A stretch of DNA of 64,000 nt from Chrysomallon squamiferum. Taxonomy: Eukaryota > Animalia > Mollusca. The stretch lies in assembly GCA_012295275.1 (NCBI GenBank), contig CM022679.1, positions 5,518,001-5,582,000 on the forward strand, in the 5' to 3' direction. The notes below the pieces were generated by a model. It was given only the letters and a program-made list of their open reading frames with translations. It made no database searches and was not told the origin of the DNA. Positions 56,079-64,000 of the stretch are shown one piece after another. The translations under genes were made by a program, and so were the position numbers. Every line of letters starts with the position of its first letter. The first letter of the stretch is position 1.

Positions 56079-56747
56079 TATTTATTTATTTTTATTTTTA
56101 TTTTATTTTATTTTTAATTCGAGGTAGATACGTCATACGACTACTGGTTATTATACGCTGAAGCTGGAAATGAAAAGAAAAACTACCTAATAATGCACTT
56201 TGTTACTGAGTTATTTCCTATGATATCCTGTTGCATTAACCAACCAATAACTTTTTGACACAAGGGTTCTAAATGTTCGCGGGCTTCCTTTTAGCACAAA
56301 TAGCCAATAGTGTGTTTTGGGTTTTTTTTTTGTGTGTGGGTTTTTTTTTTTTTTTATTTCAATAGCACAAATTATCGTCCTGAGCTACCAAATGTAAACA
56401 GAAGATAAAACAATCTTTCTTATAAAACTGCTACTGAATGTTCATTGTTGGAAACGGTATAACCGAGGTATTTTTCTGAAAATAATAATTATAAAATGAC
56501 AAAATATGCTAAACTGTTACTAGTATTAGTGTCTATTTAAATATATATTTTCTGATACCATAAAGATTAAATGCCATAAGCAGGTGTTTGTTACTATGTT
56601 AGTTGATCGTTTTATGTAACAGTCATTTTATTGTTGTTGTTTTTTGTTTGTTTTTCTTTACTTTAGTTTCTACCGTTTTCGGTTAGTCATTTATTACAGC
56701 TGTAGTTTTGATTTACTTATTCGTAATAAAAGTATTTAATTTCATAA

Positions 56748-56780
<33 letters not shown>

Positions 56781-57071
56781 TCGTGTTTTTTTTGTTTGTT
56801 TGTTTGTTGTTGTTTTTTTGTTTTTTTAAATTTGCATACACATTTCAAAACTGTTATACTTGCATTTTTTTATTTATTAGTACCAGTAGTAATAGAAAAA
56901 CGGCATGCAGAAGAATCTTGCAAGACTCCTTAGTTCCTTAATTTCATCAGTTTAGTTCCCAGACACAGAAATCAACAGACAAAGCCACGGCTTTGTAACT
57001 AATGCCTACATCATAAATGTTTTGATTACACCAACCCTGTCTAAATTGAGTTTCCATCCAACTCATCAGAT

Positions 57072-58746
57072 ATGTCCACAAAGACAAAGGTCAGCAGATT
57101 TTCAATAACATAAGAGTTTAGATAGATAGATAGATAGATAGATAGATATAAAATAACTTTTAATTTTTTCTTTCTTTCTTTTTAATTATGAAGAGTGAAA
57201 TTAAATCCAATCTTTGTTGGGCTGTAATAAAGTATAACTGAGGTTTTGTATAGCCCGAGTATGCTCTGGCTCAGAGACAAATGTCTGTCTGAGCTGAGGA
57301 CACTTGGGCTACGGTGTTATAGTGATTAATTTTATGTTTTATACAAACGTAAATGAATTCATATATGTACAGAATTTAAAGTGTTTTTGTATTTAAATCT
57401 TTGTATATGTGTGTATTTATGCATGTATGTGTGGTGTGTGCGTGTGTAATTACTGGTGTCAGAAATGTACAGCTTGTTGCCTGCAAGGTCTGAATCAGCT
57501 GAAAATTGCTGTCATTTCCCAGATTGTAATACAAAGCAATCAAAATGCTCTTTAGTTATTGGGCTTAAGAGCAAATTTCAGTGAGCATCTAACTGAGATC
57601 TGACCAAGGAATGAATCTGGAAACAAATAAGAAGTATCGATAAATTAAATGCTTGAAATCTGTGCGTTCATCCTTCTGTGTATAAATTTGTGTAAGATAT
57701 GAACTGGCAAAATCAAATTTTCTTTTTGTAAAATGATCTATAATATACAAAAAACTCTGTGTGTGTGTGTTTAAATATATATTCATATCTCTGTATATGT
57801 TTCAATCTATTTGACTATTTTAGGAAAGTGTTGTAAGCTTTATCACTTCAAACTTTGTTCAAAGAGAATGCAGTAAATATGCAATAACCAATGAATCAAA
57901 AAGGTAAAGCAAATACTTTTATGATCACGTAATTTATTTACATCTTTTATGAAATGTTCAAGTTATTATTTTTTTTAAATTTATATCTTTTGAATAATCT
58001 AGACATAAGATATATCTGTCTGTTTAATGTAGATACTGGTTAATGTAGATTCATTTTTTATCTTCTCAAAGATTTTTCTTTTGTCAAACTTTTACATTAA
58101 TCTGAAACATTGACTGCTTGTTTTTATTTCTCTAAAATGTGTTTTCCTTAATTGAAATATAGTAATAGAATTATTATTGTTATTATTTTCTTTTTAATTT
58201 AAATAGACTTTTAATATTATTTATTAATAATTTCTATTTAAAGTGATGATTGTCAGTGTGGACGTACATATCAATGGCATAAAAACAGAGGTATATACTC
58301 CTACAAGAATACAGATGGTTCAAAATGGAAGACAGAAACACACACCAAGAAAATCAAACGTAATTCATTTGGAGAAATCAATTTCAAGGGTTTTGATCAT
58401 CGTGCACCAAATTCTCCTGTAAATACTACTTAATCAGTTTTGTTTGTTGAATTTGAATTTACTAAAACAGAAAAATCAGAAAAATAATAATGTATGTTAT
58501 TGTTTTTTCATGGACAAATATATTTATAACATAGTCAGGAAGATATTATTTTGTAAATAATATTAATCAGTTTTGTTAGCTGATTTTCAAATTGTACCGA
58601 AACAAGAAAAATAGTAAAGTATGTGTTGATGGACAGAGAGATGTTATTATTATTATTATTTTTTTATAATGTATTCAGGAATGTATGCACAGCACAACTA
58701 CTGATTGAAATCATTTCAAATTCATGGGTTATGTTATTTGTCGTTA

Positions 58747-58793
<47 letters not shown>

Positions 58794-60532
58794 TTATATT
58801 ATTCTAATTATAATACTGATTACTATTATTTTTATTAATATTAATTTATTTATTTATTGTGATTGTATTGCTGCTGTTGTTGTTATTTGTAAAACTATTT
58901 TTTACTACAGTATGTAAGACTTGACAGTAAAACTGAGCTAGATCAAGTCTGGAAACTCTTGATTAAATACTGGCATCTCGAAAAGCCAAAGTTTCTGATC
59001 TCAGTTACTGGTGGTTCCAAATATTTTTATGTGAAGCCAGAAGTGAAGAGGATTCTAAAACAAGCAGTGTGTCATGCTGCCATTAGCACTGGTTTGTACA
59101 TAGAGATATACACAAGTTTTAAACAGCTTTATTTTTATTTTAAACATTTAAACATTTTTGCCTTTCTAGTGACAGTATGAATATATTAAAAGTCAGTTGA
59201 ATTTTGACATATAAACATATCTAGCTTTATTTTTATTTTAAATATTTTTTACCTTTATAATAACTGCAAGAAAGTAATATGTCAGTAGTTACATTTTTAA
59301 TTTGTTTCTAAGAAAGTGAATAACAATTTAGTCAGCTTTATTATTTCTGTTTTAATTTATTTATTGTTTTCTATTTCTAAGGGATTTAAGTATACAGAGA
59401 TATTTACTTTTTTTTAATTTCTATTGTAAATTTGTCTTACTAATATTTATTGTTTGTTTTGAGGTGTTTTTTTTGTTTTTGTTGTTTTTATTTATTTATT
59501 TATTTTTTTTTTTTTTTTTTTCCTTTCTTTTCTTTTTATTTATAATTTGTAGGAGCTTGGATTATTACAGGAGGTACAGGAACAGGCATTATGAAAATGA
59601 TTGGTGAAGCTGTACATGAATATGCAATGGGTCATTGTTTCTCACATGAAAACATTGTGACCCTTGGTATAACAACGTGGGGAATAGTTTCCAACAGATC
59701 TGCTTTAGAGTCAGAAAGGGTGAGTTTGAATTGGCATTACTTGTACTTGTATAATTATGTGTACTCTGGTAAACTTCAGAATATATTCTGAACTGGTATA
59801 ACTTTTATAAGTTAATAAATAATAACCATAACAAAATATAAATGGAAAATCAGAACCCAAAGATTAAAGAATTAATAATTGTAGTTGGCTAAAGATTTCA
59901 TTTTTTGAGTGCTCTGTTTAGGAAAGATAACTTAATCTATTTTTTAAATTTAGAATTAAAATATAAACTAAATTATCACCTTATATGTATATTTGTCTAG
60001 TGTGTTACTATATCATGTAACATCTGTGTTAAGATAGATTGTATATTTTTAATAAATTACTGTCACTCTCTTTATCTCTGTTTTTATCTTTCACTTTGTA
60101 CACTTTGTTTTTTAGTATTTTATGATTTGAATAAAATGTAATAATATTTTAGAATGGACTCTTTCCTGCAACATATGACATTAAAGCTGACCAGAAGGAT
60201 GCTAAATGTGCCCCATTAGATCACAATCATTCCCACTTCATACTTGTTGACGATGGATCAATAAATGAATACGGAAGGGAAATAAAATTCAGAAAAGCTC
60301 TTGAAAGTTATATATCGAAAAATGTGAAAATAGAATCTTCTCAGAAACAAAGTAAGAACAATAGAATAATAAATGACAGTTTCAGAGAAAAGGTGAATGT
60401 GAATGTACAATAATATGTGTATGTAACTAATGGTTTGTGTGTACTGATATGTACAAATAATATGAGAAGTTTGTGCCTGAAACAGTAATGAGCATTTTAT
60501 GATAACAGTAAGTGTATTCAAATTTATTTAAA

Positions 60533-60577
<45 letters not shown>

Positions 60578-60613
60578 ATGTATATTTGTGTGGATGTGTG
60601 TTTATGGTGCATA

Positions 60614-60667
<54 letters not shown>

Positions 60668-63600
60668 CATACATATATGTGTTTGTGTATATGTATATAT
60701 GTGGGGGTGTGGGTGGGTGGGTATATCTGTGGGTGTGTGTGATTGATTTTCATAACCTCCAAATATAAAATTGTTTTGTATGAAAATTATTAGGGCAAGT
60801 GTCTTACTATATATAGAATTTTATATACTGAACAACCATTATAACATATTAAAATGTTGATTAAACAGAAGGTATACTTACAGTCTAATTTAGCATACAC
60901 AACAAGATCAAGAATCATAATGTAGTAGAGAAACTACCAAATATATTCTTTTACATAGAAATATTTGTAAACTACAAATAGGAAAATATCTGACTTCATT
61001 TATTGTAACAGAACTTTATTATATTATTATTATATCATAACTTTACTTTTTATTCCTCCAGGTGATTATGTTCCCATTGTGACTTTAGTGGTGGCAGGTG
61101 GACTACATACCTTGGAAAATGTCAGTCAAGCTGTCAAACAAGAAACACCTGTTGTTGTCATACAGGGAACAGGGAAAGCAGCAGATTTTATATCTCTTGG
61201 TTATAAACTTAGTGAAAAAGGGTGAGTTTCCATATTTACTTCTTAGGTACTGCTGTTGTTGTTATTCTTTTACTTATCATTATTATCAATCTTTATCTGT
61301 CTTGGTTATATAGTTACAAAATTTAGGATGAACAAGTGAGTTTCCATACTTTATTTCTGATAGACTTTATTGTCCTTGTTATTCCCATTGCCTTTGTTAT
61401 TAATACTACTATTATTTTATTATTTTCAGCTTCCCCTTTCTATTATTATTATTGTTATTATTAATTTTATTTTTGTTAGATTGGTTGCTTGCTGTAGTAG
61501 GAAATTGAGTATCTGTTGTCTTAGCACATTATTAGAAAGATTGTTTATTAACTACTTTCTGTTACTGGTAAAACTTAAAGAAGACAGCACTGAAACTGAA
61601 ATATCCTGATTAGTAAAGAAAGATTATAACAGCAATGATGTATTGTATTAATATATATATTTTTTTCTTTTAATATATATTACAAAATAAAATGCTGAAG
61701 AAGATTTAGAACATTTTAATTTCAACCATACATTATTAGTACTAAATGTATTTCTTTTTCAAATCCTAGGAAATGTGCTTTTGATAAAAGAATGACAGAC
61801 AGTGCCATAAAAATGTTTGTGGGGGATGGAAAGAAAGACGAAAATAAAATAAAGAAGTGTTTAAAATATCTGAAAAACACTTTAAAGTGTAGAAACCTGG
61901 TAAATACATCTACAGTAATATATTTCATAAAATTATGATGTATGGATGAAACTAATTCCATTATAAATATAAAAAGAAAGAAAAGAAAAACAGTTTAATG
62001 AAAACATTTTATATTTGTCTTATGTTCTAACACCTCCCCTCTTAAAAAAAAAAAAAAAAAAAAAAATCCCAGCATAATGTTTGAATAATTGTACTGTTTA
62101 AACTGGAGACACTAAAACAGTAGCTGTCATACATGACTCCACAAAAACTGTTTATTTTTGCATCATTGATTTTTCAATAATTTGTTTCAGGTTACAATTT
62201 TTGATCTTGAGACAGCAAATGCCAATAAGAATATTAACCAAGCAATTCTCAGTGCCTTGATTAAAGGTTATTTGTGATTTTTATTACTGTTTGAGAAATC
62301 AAATAATAATAATAATTGGTAAATAAATCTAAATATATATATATATAACTGGGCCATAATAGAAAAAGTTGCAGTTCACTGAACTTTATTGCAGACCATT
62401 GGCTTGAGTGACAAGTCCTTTGATTGGCCTACTTGGTACCACCATGATGGGAAAAGGCTCATAGCATTTTCTTGATAGGTTTATGTATGTAGATAATAAA
62501 ATCAGATGATGGCCTTTTCACCCAGAAATCTTTCTTAGGATGACCTTATATTGGACCATCAAATTTAAGAAACAGATAACCTACTTTTATACATGCCAAT
62601 ACTAATATTCTTAAAAGGTATCTAATGCCAAGAACACTTCATAATAAATATTTTGAGCATTTATTTGTTCTAACATAGTTTTAGTTAATGTTACAATAAA
62701 TCTGGTTTATCATCAGTTAACAGGAAACATAATTTCATTCACTTGTTTCAGCTTCAGAATTTTTTTAGATGACTTTAAATGATTGGAATAAACTTGTGAC
62801 ACTGATTCTGATTTTGGCAGATATTCCAACAGAGTGATGAGGAAAAGCTGCAATCCAAAAAACTGTAGCTTAATCAGGGATCTGTTATATCTGGAGCCAT
62901 ACTTTTGAGGTTTATATATATATATATATATTAGGATATGGAATTGATAGAAGATAAAAACACACAATTTGAGTTACAAATTGTTATTATAGATAGGGTG
63001 ATATAATATTCCTGTTTGTGTTAATATTGAAATAATATAATACTGAAATGTTATAACAGTATCTGCAAAAATTGATCTTGGTTCATTTGTTTAAATTTCA
63101 GTATTTTTCTGTGGTGCTGAACATGAATTACTTTAAATGGGAGGAAAAGCTGAAATCTGAAAATGTTTTAGTTTGACCCAAAACTGGTGATCAAGGTTTG
63201 AGGTTTATAAAGATATTATGATGAGGAATTGTTAGGAGGATTCAAAACACACAATTTAAATGCTGAATTGTTATTATACGATGATTTCATTAAAAGTTAT
63301 TTCTGATAAAGTTTTGCCCACCCCAAAAATGTGCTTCAAGATTTTCTCCACAGATTATACAGTTTTCACGGTGAAAATGATAGAAAGCTACTCAGTTCTC
63401 TCATTTTATTATCTACACAGAACTATCAAGAAAACACTATGACACTTTGATCCTCAGGGTGGTACCAAATTTTGCTCTGTCTCATGGACTATTCTGCATA
63501 TCCCTCTTTAGTAACTATATCCAACTTTAAAAAATCTATTTTATTTATTTATTCGTATTTATAAAATATTTAAATTTATAAATAGACTGGTTTACATTAT

Positions 63601-64000
63601 ATGAATATTTTACATCATTTTTAGCCAAGAAAGTAGATAAAAGTACTCAGCTAAAATTGGCTCTAGAGTGGAATTGCTGTGACATTGCCAGGAATGAAAT
63701 ACTCACCAAAGAAAACCTGAAGGTAAGTTAATTAGTTTCTGTTTGCAGAATATACTTTACTAACTGATATTAGTGTTAAACATGTATTAAAAGTGACGAT
63801 TCTCAAGCATATCTGAAGATAAATCAAACCAGTAATTTGATATTTTATTCTTTTTCAACATTAAAAGTGGTAAAATTCTTCTATAGTAAAAATATTAAAA
63901 TTCTTCTATAGTAAAAATATTAAAATTCTTCTATAGTAAAAATATTAAAAATTATAATATGTTGTTAAAATTTGTAACATAACATTATTATCTATTTTAC
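57072..64000 (+). CDS. TRPM2-like: TRPM2-like channel, tandem copy 3, 5' part (MHR1-3); continues beyond the window, no lesions seen
   Basis: Exons ~57072 (MSTKTK), 57824-57903, 58244-58418, 58911, 59553, 60153, 61042, 61770, 62191 and 63625-63722 are all open and phase-compatible. Confidence 0.9.
63872..63946. repeat. 25-bp x3 perfect tandem repeat
   Basis: aaaattcttctatagtaaaaatatt repeated three times; not seen in the homologous introns of copies 1 and 2. Confidence 0.9.

Larger units (their letters stand above)
5400..64000 (+). repeat. ~25 kb head-to-tail segmental tandem triplication containing the TRPM genes
   Basis: Homologous positions 8761/33823/58959 (offsets 25062 and 25136); introns and intergenic spacers align across units. 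Confidence 0.95.

Noticed and set aside
30113-64000. Copies 2 and 3 as an uncollapsed-haplotype assembly artefact
   Set aside because: Not favoured: coding exons differ substantially and indel sharing is three-way mosaic. It cannot be fully excluded without read depth and spanning reads.

Overview
Very AT-rich, intron-rich animal DNA. It looks lophotrochozoan/mollusc-like, but that is inferred from composition and protein style only. From 5' to 3': (1) the 3' end of a multi-ShKT-domain gene (1-1287, +); (2) an inward-rectifier K+ channel (Kir) ORF that stops abruptly before the G-loop/C-terminal domain (2262-3137, +); (3) an isolated, frameshifted lysosomal alpha-mannosidase exon (4557-4704, -); (4) a head-to-tail tandem array with a ~25 kb period of three TRPM2-like channel genes of ~24 exons each: copy 1 ~6.8-22.3 kb, copy 2 ~32.0-49.3 kb, and copy 3 from ~57.1 kb past the window end. 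Copy 2 ends after a short coiled coil and copy 1 stops just before it; neither has a NUDT9-H or kinase domain. The most striking signal is that exons of the N-terminal MHR1/2 (SLOG) ligand-sensing region differ between copies almost only by amino-acid-changing substitutions, while the flanking introns are nearly identical, and the ADPR phosphate-binding loop, pore filter, S6 and TRP box have been remodelled. This suggests a diversifying ligand-gated channel array. Copy 1 has N-terminal stop and frameshift lesions, and copy 2 has a single 2-nt frameshift. Spacers and introns hold nested hAT-type MITEs with 8-bp TSDs, a decayed Ginger2/KRBA2-like transposon, a foldback element and complex local duplications. 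Most short ORFs in the provided track are intronic or microsatellite artefacts. Exon structures were derived by hand from GT-AG sites and frame continuity.
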